DNA from: Takakia lepidozioides
Lineage: Eukaryota > Plantae > Bryophyta
DNA length: 64,000 nt
Assembly (NCBI GenBank): GCA_030704615.1
Contig: CM060732.1
Span: 22,382,001 to 22,446,000 of the forward strand
Reading direction: 5' to 3'
In this document: positions 23,801 through 35,900 of the stretch, piece after piece
Position numbering within the stretch: the stretch's first letter is position 1
How the letters are laid out: every line of letters begins with the position of its first letter
Translations under genes and position numbers: made by a program
Notes under the pieces: model-generated
Database searches by the model: none
Seen by the model: the letters and a program-made list of their open reading frames with translations, nothing else
What the model was told of the DNA's origin: nothing

Positions 23801-26000
23801 GGTACCTGGACATGTCTGGCGGTATTGTTGACGAGTCTGAGAAAGATCTGCACGCCTTGGCAGAAGAGAAGAGAAAGGAAAGACGTGTCCCTGCTGGGCC
23901 AAAGTCGGCAAAGGAATCTGCTGCTCTGGAAGAATCCAGAAAGGCAGCTGAGATGGCACAAAAGACGGTGGATGCAGCTGTGCAGGCCCAACAGAAGGGG
24001 TCGAAGAAGAGGACTCGCCAGCAAGGAGCAGCTGTTGTGACACCCGCCAAAACGAAGAAGCAGAAACAGCCTGTTCAGGAAGAGGGTGAGGAAGGACTCC
24101 GATGGAGACTTTGCAACCAGCCCACCCCCCCAAACGCAGCTGCCTCCCCTGTGCCCACCGTTGTCACGAGAGGCACGAGAACTGGCTCGGCAAAGAAGGC
24201 ACTCTTCAACCCCCCAGGGGGGCACCCTTTCGAGCCGGTGGAAATGAAGAGGCCGAAAGTGGCTCCCGAAACAGTAGTCCAGTGTGTAAATGAGAGTTTC
24301 TTGGCGGCTTTGGATGGACGGGCAGCCAAGTTGGCATACATGAAGACCATGGAGGGTCTGAAGGGCAGAGCACTGAAGAAGGACTGCCGAAGAGCCTTCC
24401 GACACCCCAGGATTTCAGAATATGGTCTCGTTCTTTGAGAGGGTGTGTGCAGACAAGGATTGTAGGAGGGGCGGAAATGCCACCGAGTGGTCTTGCGATA
24501 TGATCATCTTGGATATTCCGGACGGAGAGCCTGTGGAAGGACTGCAAGCTTTGCCATCTTGGAACAGGTACTCGGAGGACTTTTGGAAGAAAGGATTCGG
24601 GCTTGCCCGCATGGTGTTGGACGACAGAGGCTGTGTGGTTGTCCTGGCGAGCAGAGGAAAAAACACTCAGACAGGAATTGCGAAGTGGACCCGCAAGAGC
24701 GCCGTCCCGATTCTGAAAAAGAAGTGGACGTGCATCAACACACTGGGCCTTCGGTCGGAAGGGAAGAAGGTGATTACGACACTGGCACTCGTCCATTCAT
24801 TTGCTTGGGTGTTTCAAATGCGGTGCCGCATTCGGTTTCTAATCGTTTTCCCCCTGTGTATGCAGACGAAGCAGTTCGATGCATACTGCTTTGTGAAGGA
24901 AACTCCACCTTTGCTTTCCGGAAGGAGGGAGGAAAGGTTGACCCGAACTGCGACCCACTCGATTACGACGTTCTGTTCAACAACGTTCCCAAGGAACTTC
25001 TCCCTCATAGCCTCACTTCAACGGAACCCCTGCGGTACTCACGGACTCGGAGCCCTGCCTTCATTCAGACAATTATGGAGACATGCACAGACGTGGAGGG
25101 CACAGTGCTCGACCTCATCTGTGGGACAGGTATGCAGAATCTTGATCTCTGCTGTTCTGCAAATTCTCGTTAGGATGTAGTTCGCAACATCTGAAGCGCC
25201 ATGTGGTAATGTGTGGATGGCATTGTAACAGGTGCCTCAATGTGGGCTGGCGGTTTTCCGACCGGCACCTCTTTGCCTACGAGGAGGATTCATCCGTGTG
25301 GGGATCCCATCTGGAGGGGCTGCAACGGAATGTGAAGGCTCCCGACAGAGCGGAAGTCTCCTCGGATTCGTCGGAGTCCGAGGAAGACACAGTGGACATT
25401 GATGCGAGGAGAACCCGGAATACGAGTGAGTGCAAACATTGTAAGTTTGCAAAGCCTTCTGGGTCATTTATGTCAAAGAATTTCCCGACTGTGGTTCTCA
25501 TTAGTCTCGTTGATGATTGTCATGTGCAGGATTGCAGGGTCCGGGTCGAAACATGTAGGGCCTACACTTCCTGCCAGGAAGAATGTCCCGTTCTTTGCGA
25601 GGGCCGACTTCATGACGAGCCCGGTGAGGGACTACTCCCTTCCTAGTTATGCAGCTAAACTCGCAAATACAGCGATTAGAAGAAGTGAGAATCCCAGTAA
25701 AGTAGAGCAGATTTTGGAGAGGGCTAGGGAGGACAGAAGGATAAGGAAAGAGTTGGCAGCAGCTCAGACAGGTAGACGGGTACGAAAGTACATATGTGAT
25801 TCAGCGGATGAGAGCGACGCAGACAGGGAGGAAGACGACCAACGGAGGTGAGATGGACAGTTCCGCAAGGGGAAGATGGGATTTTCGAAAGCCTGGCCAA
25901 CGAGCAGTCCGCTGGAGATGAGAGAGGCACTGAGGGGGTGGAGGAGGAGCAGGACAGTCTAGAACAGGATGAGGATTCGGATGATTTTCAAGATTAATAG
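20896..26000 (+). CDS. Multi-exon cargo gene: disordered N-terminus, ParB/Srx-like domain, helical middle region, beta-class N4C/N6A DNA methyltransferase-like domain, acidic tail; frameshifted
   Basis: FFVWDGNHRLLAW (DGNHR at 22175-22189); DMIILDIPDG (24512-24523); ARMVLDDRGCVVV; RSPAFIQTIMETCTDVEGTVLDLICGTG spliced to ASMWAG...DRHLFAYEED. GT-AG introns at about 22327-22438, 22627-22726, 23209-23291, 23510-23655, 24770-24865, 25130-25231 and 25425-25529. The start codon is uncertain. Confidence 0.75.
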
Positions 26001-26133
26001 AATTTTAATGAAGTCTCTGTAAATGTAAATTCTCTTCCAGAGTATATAAAGAAAATTCTGCCCGACATTCGTGACCCCTCTCCAGTGTGCATTCCAGCCA
26101 CACAATCGCCCAAACCAGGACGCTCCCAAAATC

Positions 26134-26880
26134 AGAAATGGGTCAGGCATTTCCAAAATTTTGGCAACTCTAAGAACCTCTTTTGGAAATGCGGCACCGC
26201 ATTTCCAAAACAGGGGAGGGACTAAATTTTTCCATTTCAATGTTGGCATAGTAAAAGTAATCTGAATTGGGAATGCGGTGCCGCATTTCCAAAATTTCCT
26301 TTGTCCACACGCCAGTTTTGGCCTCTCCCGCTCATTGCATGGATGCCACCACGCTTACAGAGGTCGAACAAGGAGCGAACAAGGAGGCCGACATGGCGGA
26401 TTGAAAATGCGGTGCCGCATTTCCATATTGGGGATGGTCGTTGTTCGAACTGCAGGCCCATCAGCAAAAATTGGCACCGCATTCCATTGTAAAAAAAAAG
26501 TCGATGACGGACATGGAAATGCGGCGCCGCATTTCCAGAACGGACATCGCAATTTGTCCATTTGCAGACCCTCTCTCGGAAATGCGGTAACGCATTCCAT
26601 CGCGCTGGTCGGAAATAGTGCACTTTTTCGAAGTGTTGGACGGAAATGCGGCACCGCATTCCCTTGTCCAAAAGAAGTTTCCATTGCCAAGCTGGAAATG
26701 CGTCGCCGCATTTGCAATGCCAACCTCGTTTTCTGATCAATTTATAGACCCGTGTTGGTATTTCGTGTACCTGGACGGAAATGATGCACCGCATTTCACA
26801 TGGAAATGCGAAACAAAAATGCGATTTCGATGCCGACATGGAAATGCAACATTTTTCGATGTGCGGCGCCGCATACATGG
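26134..26880. repeat. Second, looser array of the same palindrome (about 10 copies plus half-sites)
   Basis: Starts at about 26134, 26185, 26269, 26403, 26466, 26515, 26578, 26642, 26694 and 26777, with unrelated spacers. Confidence 0.92.
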
Positions 26881-27165
26881 CGTTACTCTGGTATATTCTT
26901 GACACATGACTCACATACCGGTTACTCTGCTTTATTCAACCGGACAGACAATTGTAGAAATGAGACATCAAATTGTAAACAGTGGGCCAATCCGAGAGTT
27001 ATTCAACACAATGAAAAAACACAGTCATACAGAAGTGAGGTACATTCCAGGGCACACTCCGGGCACATTTAATTTCCCCGTACAGGATCCTGGACCGATG
27101 AAGATTGGCTGCTGCATGAATGTAGCCGTTTCAGTTTCCTACCCTTCCATGCAAACTATGGGCAC

Positions 27166-28245
27166 TCACTGCCAGGTGGGCCGATAGCCACTGGAACACC
27201 GAAGTCCATCCCCTCTTCGATGTAATGCGGCGCCGAATTTCCATCCGGGGGGATGGACTTCGGTGGCAGATCTCAAACTATAACTTGTTGATGAGAAAGA
27301 TGTATGGGTTAATCCACCGCTGGCGTGATGAACACGTTCCACCCTCCGTCGGTGGGTACGTGTGACCCAGATGCTCCATTTTTGGAGGCCAGACTGCTCT
27401 TCCGCTTCGTATCTTTTCCAAAATCTAAGGGCTTCGTAGCTGTCCGCAAGGTCATCGGCATCCAAGTCGTCCTCAGGTCCTCCTTTGCAAGGATGCCGTG
27501 CTTCCGGAACCGGGACGACTGCCCTTTGGAGGCATCGATTATGCAATGTATTCGGCCACATCGGGAACATTGTTATCTGGTACACAGATTACAGAGAAGA
27601 TACTGGTTCGATTGTGGAAACATTGGTGGCTTTTGAGTATATCGTAGGCCCACTACGCCTTCGAGCGGGGGTGACGATCTTGGTCTGAGGAGTCCTGGCT
27701 CCCTGCGCATCCTCGATTCCGATTTTCCCAGCTACGACGGTCACCCATGCAGAAGAAGGCGCACTGCTATGCTGTTGCGTGGAACTGCTGCCACTGGACA
27801 TGGGTGGACTCCATCGGAGAGACCTATTCTCCTCGAGGAGTGCGCTCCTCTTCTCCATTGTATGGGGACATTCGCATTGGTGTGGACGACGAAAACGTGA
27901 AGATTTCCATATTCGATGGTGGTATGATTGAAGGGCAGGACATTGTGGTGAACATCACTAGGGGCGGTACAACGGCTGCAATCGACTTTACATGGAGGAG
28001 CCCCATGACTCATGAGCTAGTTCTGAGAGCAGTCGAAGTCCCATTGACAACATGACTTGTATTCAGTAGGCACAGGGCTCAAGATTTGATGGCACAATCA
28101 GCACAGAGACGTGCTTCAAATGCAATTCATGTGGATCAATAAAAACCTCATTGTGCCTCTTTTTTATTATATTCTGTGTCCATCGTTCCGCGAATGCGTC
28201 ATTGCTCATTTCGTTTGGGATTGGGAGTGTGGGTGGATTTTGCAA
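27166..28245 (-). other. Possible third, degenerate cargo ORF of the MULE
   Basis: Chain of short minus-strand ORFs (for example DDLADSYEALRFWKRYEAEEQSGLQKW) with no recognisable motif. Confidence 0.25.
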
Positions 28246-28462
28246 ATGGCTGGTAAGCTGAAATGGGCCCCCATTGTACAGAGCAGTACCACCCTACCAT
28301 TCGCGAAACATTGCCTTTCAATATATAATTCTAAATAACATTGCCGAACCTCCTTCATCGGGAGGTCCTTCTCCCCCTATGACCGTGGCACCCTAAACCC
28401 TATTCCCGCGGACACTCATTTCCGGAAAATAGTGCTGCTCATGTTTTTTTCCACACTTACGA

Positions 28463-28517
28463 CTCTGCTCATGGCTCATGCCGCTCATGGCTCATGGCTC
28501 ATGAAATAGCAGCCCCC
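28463..28517 (-). repeat. Right TIR with tandem GCTCATG repeats
   Basis: gctcatggctcatgccgctcatggctcatggctcatgaaatagcagccccc, followed by the target duplication. Confidence 0.85.
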
Positions 28518-28859
28518 AATATTTGGCTTTAATTCTCAATGCAAGAGGAAGGAGGCTTGAGATTCAATATATGCAGGATCTGAAGAGGTTTTCTTTGGGT
28601 TCTCTTTGGGTTATATGGCATTTTAGGAATGATAGATATGTGACATTTTTTTTTAGCTGTGATAGGAGCTTTCTTTACAGTTGAAGGCTCCCTAACGACA
28701 CAACAAAAAAAGAGAAGACCTAGCACATAAAGGTTGTAGGGCACTAGTCTTATGTCCCAAAAAAAATCCCTCCCTTATTCTATATAGAAAGAAAACTACT
28801 AGAATTTACTAGATGGGTGAGATTCCCTAAAAGTACCTCAACGCTAAATGTCACCTCAA

Positions 28860-29145
28860 ATGCTACCGCCGTTGCTATGCTACCGCCGTCGAATGCTACC
28901 GTCGTGGCTATGTTACTTTATATACCCTGATTAGATATACCCTTCATTTTAACATATACCCTTAAAAAAAAAGGGTTAATTGGACTTCTTGATGCAGGGT
29001 AAATATAAGGATAAGGGTATATCATAAAAATATACCCTAATATAAGGGTATACATCCAAGTACCTAAACTTGCCACACTAGGGTATATGTATATCAATAT
29101 ACCCTGATGTACCCGCAGGGTATATCAAGGTAATCAATATACCCA
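28860..29145. repeat. Cluster of short repeats (ATGCTACCGCCG x3; ATATACCC/GGGTATAT in both orientations)
   Basis: Directly visible; resembles the subterminal region of a small DNA element. Confidence 0.55.
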
Positions 29146-29149
29146 CCCA

Positions 29150-31170
29150 ACACCGGGAGGAACTTTCCGACGTAAGGTTCCATCTGTAAAATTTCGTCCC
29201 CTAAGGTGCCCTTTGAATACACTAAGAAATTTTTGCCGGGCCTTTACGGTGGGTTGAGTACTAGTATTGCTAAGATGAATTTCAGGCTGCCTACTCGGTG
29301 GTCTAGCTTTGTGCCTATGAGCATATCAGCAGTGACCACAAACAATTCCATGTTCTCAACATGTCTCCCCTCAAGAGTTCAACATTGCCCGGCAGTACTT
29401 AGTAGCCCGCTTCGTAAGTCAAATATGGACTGCTGCCTATTCCCTGCACACCTCTCCAACAGCTCCATTATTCCACCAGTGGTCTTTCTACTCCTTACTG
29501 CTGCCATAACAGGGATGCAGACTCTGTCTCCAAGCCTACTTCGGTTGTGTATGCTGCGGAGCCTGCTTTTGACGCATCTGCCCAGCCAGCTCATCCCACT
29601 TGCTCCAATCAAACAGCTCCAACTGTCTACGAAGGTCCATCCTCAAAGGGAAGATACTCTCCACCATATTAAATCTCGTGCCGACTTGATTTCCCACCTC
29701 AACTCTCAGCTCTGGATTTATGTTTCTGCCCTATCTAGTTCTTACCAAAGCAATATTCTACATCCTCATGACTCGGTATGTGGTTACGTCATACCCCAAA
29801 TTTACACCATTTTGCCTCGCACAGAGAGCTTTTGTTTTTCTTGCCACATAGATTGTACCTCTCTGTTGTTGCCCAACCATCACTACAACAGATCCCGGCT
29901 TTACGGTCTGCCACATTTGCCTAGTCGTAGCATATATGTCGGCAAAATGCAAGGGGGTAGTCCTGGATGCCAATTGTGACCACCAGAAGTCATATATGCC
30001 ACCTTGTACCTCCGCCACGTCAGGATCTGCGGTCAAACACATTTGACCAGATAAGGGGAGATGGTAGAGACGACTACGAGTCATGGCCGAAATTGCAACA
30101 GGATGACGTGGGCATGGGAATGTATGACTGCTAGTATTCACGATTACACCTGGCGATTGATGTGTCATGGTTTTAGTCATGGTTATCTAGAATTACCTAC
30201 TTCTAGTTAACTAGGATATTTTGGATATTTATATTTGTATTTTGTGTGTTGGGACTTTATTTGGTCTCACATGCCAAGTGAGGTGTCAAACCTCACTTGG
30301 GATATGGGGAGGGGTTTTCCCCTTGTGATTGTGGAGGAGGGCTCATCTTCTTGTAGTTGAGCCTCCATGAGCCTCTCTCACCTCCAAATGGTGCATGTGT
30401 GGAGCATGCTTCCCAAGTGTGGCTTCCAACTTTCAAGCTTGAGAGGAGTGGCTCTTGAGCTAGCAAGTGAAGGGAGCTTGAATGACCAAGGCTTGAGAGG
30501 AGACAAGGCTTAGTGGCTTGCCAAAAGAGGTAGAAGCTTGTTTTTAGCTTCCAAGGAAAAATTGAGCTTGTTGTGTGGCCAATGCATTGCTAGTTGGTTG
30601 GAGACAAGCTTGAGTAGCTTAAGGAGAAGAAGATAAAGGGAATTTGCCTTGGTACCCCATAGACTTCATAGATGCTTAAGGGGATTAAGCATAGAGCCCC
30701 AAGGAGCACAAACCCTAGCTTGGTAAGGCTAAACCTCAAGGAAATAGAGGGGGAAGTGACTAAAGCTTAGGGAGAAATGGCTAAACCCATGGGGAAATGA
30801 ACTACTCTATGAGGGGGAAATGGCTATTCCTAAGGAGAATACAAGGGGAATACAAAGAAAATACACATAGGCCCAGGGAAATACTTGGGGAATACTATGG
30901 CATATTCTTAGGAATATTCTTAGGGAACCTAATGGGAACTTGGGAACGCATTGGGAACATAGTGACATAGGAAGAGTCCTTAGAGGACTGTTTGGGGTCC
31001 TTGGAGGACTACCGATGGGGCTACTTTTACACCCGACTTCTTGATCTATTGACTTTAGATACTGGGACATGTGCGATTGAAGACCAAGCGATGATCTTAT
31101 TGAGATTGATACTTATTAGCTATTCGGTGTTAGAGGGTCCTAATCACCAACTAGGGGGGCGATTGTGGCA
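29150..31170. mobile_element. Unclassified degenerate repeat, possibly an LTR retroelement relic
   Basis: Broken coding-like segment followed by purine-rich, internally repetitive LTR-like sequence; no diagnostic motif. Confidence 0.3.
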
Positions 31171-31814
31171 TAGCTTTCTAGGATTGTGTGCTTAGAATGT
31201 ATGGTGGACAGCGATGTATGTTGTGGCACGATGCTTAGGTGCACGACAGCTAGTTGCCCAATGAATGTCTATGTGGAAAATGCAAAGATAAATGGATGAA
31301 ACAGAACGAGGATGTGACTGCAAAATGACGACGTGTCTACATATCATTGCTCGCGTGGTTGAAATATTGTGGTGTATTGGATGCAAATGCATCTAACGGC
31401 TGCAAATGATACGTCTTCGAAGGTCACGTTGACTTACTTGTGATTTATTTTAAATCAATATATGAATCGAGACAATTGTTTTGTTTTGTTTTGTTTTGTT
31501 TTGTAGCGTCGTTGAGATCTTCCAAACGCGGGGCCCGGCCCCGGTGCTTGGTGCCGTTGAAAAGCCCTCGACGAGGAGGGGTGCACCGGCTTGGTCTCAT
31601 GATTTTTGGACAAGCGGTGAGGGGATGTGGAATTCCAAGTACTTTTGGTCGCTGAAAATTCACAAAAAATAGCAAAAATGGCAAAGTGGGCATTCCTGGA
31701 CAATGGTTGGAGCCTCGACGGGAGAGATATCAAGGGAAAGGTCTCCGGTTCAAATATGGTCGTAGGCTCTGTGGAAAGAAAAATTGATTAGATATGGCTT
31801 GCTTCATATATTAA

Positions 31815-32400
31815 TGCACTTGGACTAATTAGATGACATTGGACACCCAACGGCACAAGGCACCCTAGACATGGGAGACGTACTTGGATACTTAGGAGAT
31901 TGCACTTGCATTAAGATGATCCACTAGACACTTGGGCCTCTACATGGCAGATGCACTTGGATACATGAATAGAAGATTGCACTTGGGCTTAGATGGGCCT
32001 CGACATAGGAGACGCACTTGGTCTTAGATTTCAATTCGTCACACATGGGCCGACGACATATGCTACACTAGAGGTCGCACTTGGGCCTCGACATAGGAGA
32101 TGCAATGGGATACATAGAAGATCTTACACTTGGGCTAAGATGACACTGGACGCTTGGGCCAATGGCACATGCCACCCTAGAGGTTGCATTTGGGCCTCGA
32201 CATAGGAGACGTACTTGGATACATAGGGGATTGCACTTGGACTTAGATGATGACATTGGACACTTGGACCAACGGCACATGCTACCCTAGAGGTCGCATT
32301 TAGGCCTCGACATAGGAGACACACTTGGATACATAGGGGATTGCATTTGGACTTAGATGATGACACTAGAGACTTAGGCCAACGGCACAGGCTACCCTAG
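31815..32400. repeat. Degenerate tandem repeat with a unit of about 110 bp
   Basis: CCTCGACATAGGAGAC recurs at about 31998, 32086, 32195 and 32305; GCACTTGG sub-repeats. Confidence 0.85.
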
Positions 32401-32909
32401 TTGTAATGGTTTCAACAACTTCATTAGCAACTCCACCATTATATTTTAAATCTTTGTAATTTGAGATATATATCAGTAATTAGATAGAATATATAGTCAT
32501 TTTAACTACTCATTTAATGACTACGAATACATATACCAACAGTCAGTAGCTCAGTTGGTTAGTGCACTGAGTGCCACCAAAATGATTCTGGGGTCATGCT
32601 ACTTGACAGGTGTGGTATTCTCTTCTCCCCCATCCCTAGGCGGTGTCCCACTTATACGCCTCCATGGCGCATAAATGAAAAAGGTTATTTTCTCCTCTCA
32701 CTATCAAGGGGCCTGATTTGTGAGCTGTCGCTCCCAGGTGTTTCCCTTTATTTATCTTTATATATATTTATATATTTATATATACAAATATATAAAGCTA
32801 AAAATACCTTCACATAATAACATGGAATATATAATTATTTTATATATTGTTAGGGTACAAAACTTTAAAAAGTTCTAAAGGTTGGCTCAAAATTACGGCT
32901 GCTAGGTCG

Positions 32910-35900
32910 CAGTCATGTGTGAGCCTGCTGGAGAAGGGCAAAGAGGTCCATGGTTGCATCGTCAAAGCTGGAACACAAGGTCGAGGACAAGGTGGTGAGG
33001 GCACCTTCTTCAACCTATTTCAGCCTGTTTTTCCCTCTCATCAGACTCGGCCCTGAGATGCATATTGAATTCTGTAAGTTAGCTCGTTGGCTTCTGAAAG
33101 AGGATCAAGAGAAGGAGTCCGCAGTGCCTCTTCTGGCTCTTCTGGGCATGTGAAGATGCTTTGTAGGCAGGTAGACTGAAAGAGGCTCTACAGACTTTAA
33201 ACCAAGGAGCATTTCAGCATATTCAGATATGTATGTATGTCTCTTGCTTAAGTGCATCAAGATGAAAGGTCTGGAAGCTGGAAAGCAGGTGCACCCCCAC
33301 ATTATCCAAAGTGGATCCACGCCAAGTGTTTTTCTCCTCAACACCCTTGTCAACATGTATGTTAAGTGCGGGAGCATTGTGAATGCTCACCAAGTGTTCA
33401 ACGGAATGCCTCAACGATCTTTGATCACATGGAATACAATGTTGGCAGGATTTACCAAGCATGGGTGTGGTAGGAATGCTTTGGAGACATATGAGCAAAT
33501 GATGCGCGAAGGGGTCAAGCCCAACCACATCACATGTGTTTGTGTTTGCAATGCGTGTGCAAGCCTGGAAAAGGAGAAAGAGGTCCATGGTGACATCGGT
33601 CAAAGCTGGAATTGCACTAGATGTCATTCTGAACACTGCCCTGGTGGACATGTATGCCAAATGTGGATGCATTGAGGCTGAAAATGGAGTTTTCGACACT
33701 ATGGCTGAACGAGATGTGGTGTCGTGGAGTGCGATGCTTGCAGGGTATGCACAGCAGGGACGTGGGATGTAGGCTTTGGAGACCTGTGAGCAAATGATGG
33801 GGGAAGGGGTGGAGCCCGGCTGCATCATGTTTGTGTGCATTTGCAATGTTTGTGCAAGCCTAGCAGCCCTGGAGAAGGGCAAAGAGGTGCATGTGGATAT
33901 CATCAAAGTTGGAATTATACCAAATGTCATTCTGAACATTGCCCTCGTAGCTCTAGAAAAGGGGAAAGAGGTCCATGGCGACATCTTCATCGGCTCCGAC
34001 CTGGCACCTACATGTCACAGTACCGTGAAATACGGATTTCCAGGCAGTTTCCCCTAGAAATCCACAATTTAAATGTCATTCTGAACAAGACCCTGGTGGA
34101 CATGTTTGCAATATGTGGGTGTGCATTTGCAATGCTTGTGCAAGCCTGGCAGTCCTGGAGAAGGGCAAAGAGGTGCATGGGGATATCATCAAAGCTGGAA
34201 TGGTACCAAATGTCATTCTGAACACTGCCCTGGCAGCTCTGGAAAAGGGGAAAGAGGTACATGGAGACATCTTCAGAGCTGGAATTGTACCAAATGTCAT
34301 TCTGAACAAGACCCTGGTGGACATGTTTGCAATATGTGGGTGCATCGAGGATGCAAATGGAGTGTTCAATACTATGGCTGAACGAGATGTGGTGTCATGG
34401 AGTGCGATGTTTGCAGGGTATGCACAGCTGGGACGTGGGATGGAGGCTTTGGAGACCTATGAGCTAATGATGGGGGAAGGGGTGAAGCCCGGCCATGTTT
34501 GTGTGCATTTGCAATGCTTGTGCAAGCCTGGCAGCCCTGGAGAAGGGCAAAGAGGTGCATGGGGATATCATCAAAGCTGAATTGTACTACCAAATGTCAT
34601 TCTGAACAGTGCCCTGGCAGCTCTGGTAAAGGGGAAAGAGGTCCATGGGCTACATCTTCAGAGCTGGAATTGTACCAAATGTCATTCTGAACAAGACCCT
34701 GGTGGACATGTTTGCAATATGTGGGTGCATCGAGGATGCAAAGGGAGTGTTCGACACTATGGTTGAACGAGATGTGGTGCCGCCTTGGCGATGCTTGCAC
34801 GGTATGCACAGCAGGGATGTGGCATGTATGCTTTGGAGACCTATGATCAGATGAGGGGGGAAGGGGTGAAGCCCGGCCACATCATGTTTGTGTGCATTTG
34901 CAATGCTTGTGCAAACCTGGCAGCCCTGGACGAGGGCAAAGAGGTGCATGGGGATATCATCAAAGCTGGAATTGTACCAAATGTCATTCTGAACATTGCC
35001 CTGGCAGCTCTGGAAAAGGGGAAAGAGGTACATGGCGACATCTTCAGAGCTGGAATTGTACCAAATGTCATTCTGAACAAGACCCTGGTGGACATGTTTG
35101 CAATATGTAGGTGCATCGAGGATGCCAAGGGAGTGTTCAACACTATGGTTGAACGAGATGTGGTGCCGCCTTGGCGATGCTTGCACGGTATGCACAGCAG
35201 GGATGTGGGATGTATGCTTTGGAGACCTATGATCAGATGATGGGGGAAGGGGTGAAGCCCGGCCACATCATGTTTGTGTGCATTTGCAATGCTTATGCAA
35301 ACCTGGCAGCCCTAGACGAGGGCAAAGAGGTGCATGGGGATATCATCAAAGCTGGAATTGTACCAAATGTCATTCTGAACATTGCCCTGGCAGCTCTGGA
35401 AAAGGGGAAAGAGGTACATGGCGACATCTTCAGAGCTGGAATTGTACCAAATGTCATTCTGAACAATACCTTGGTGGACATGTTTGCAAAATGTGGGTGC
35501 GTCGAGGATGCAAAGGGAGTATATTCAACACTATGGCTGAACGAGATGTGGTGTCGTGGAGCCACAGCAAGGCTGGGGATGTATTCACGATTTGTACACA
35601 GGCATGGATAGCTGAAGGATTATTGTATTGTTGCCGTCTTACGGGAAAAGGATGTTGGATACAAATGGTATCTGGTGGTAAATGAATGTTCATGGATTCC
35701 ACTCCATTGATATGGAGGGGAACTTGTCCCTCTATCTGACATTAAATTAATGCCACAGGTGACCAGCGATGGCCAAGAATGTCTGGGGCCTACTATTTTC
35801 AATTTCTGGCTGTAATGGGGGTTTAGTTGTAGTAGGCAAAGACAGACCACAGAGCGATTGGCCTGATATTGTTGTATGCACTGTTTGACTAATTGAAGCA

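Larger units (their letters stand above)
7064..28517 (-). mobile_element. Large Mutator-like (MULE) DNA transposon carrying a ParB-methyltransferase gene and palindrome arrays; interrupted by an LTR element at 8350-15270
   Basis: AATATTTG is duplicated at 7056-7063 and 28518-28525. The left end GGAGGTTTACTATTTCATGAGC is an imperfect inverted match to the right end GCTCATGAAATAGCAGCCCCC. The same terminus recurs independently at 43612. The element contains a MULE-type transposase. Confidence 0.88.

Noticed and set aside
20896-26000. Bacterial contamination as the source of the ParB-MTase gene
   Set aside because: The gene has multiple GT-AG introns and lies inside a TSD-flanked element contiguous with plant genes.
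29206-29979. 257-aa plus-strand ORF as a real gene
   Set aside because: It has a non-ATG start, a Ser/Leu/Pro-rich composition typical of an antisense frame, and no motif.
32546-32567. tRNA gene (GTAGCTCAGTTGGTTAGTGCAC resembles a D-arm/A-box)
   Set aside because: No T-arm, B-box or acceptor stem follows; at most a tRNA- or SINE-derived remnant.
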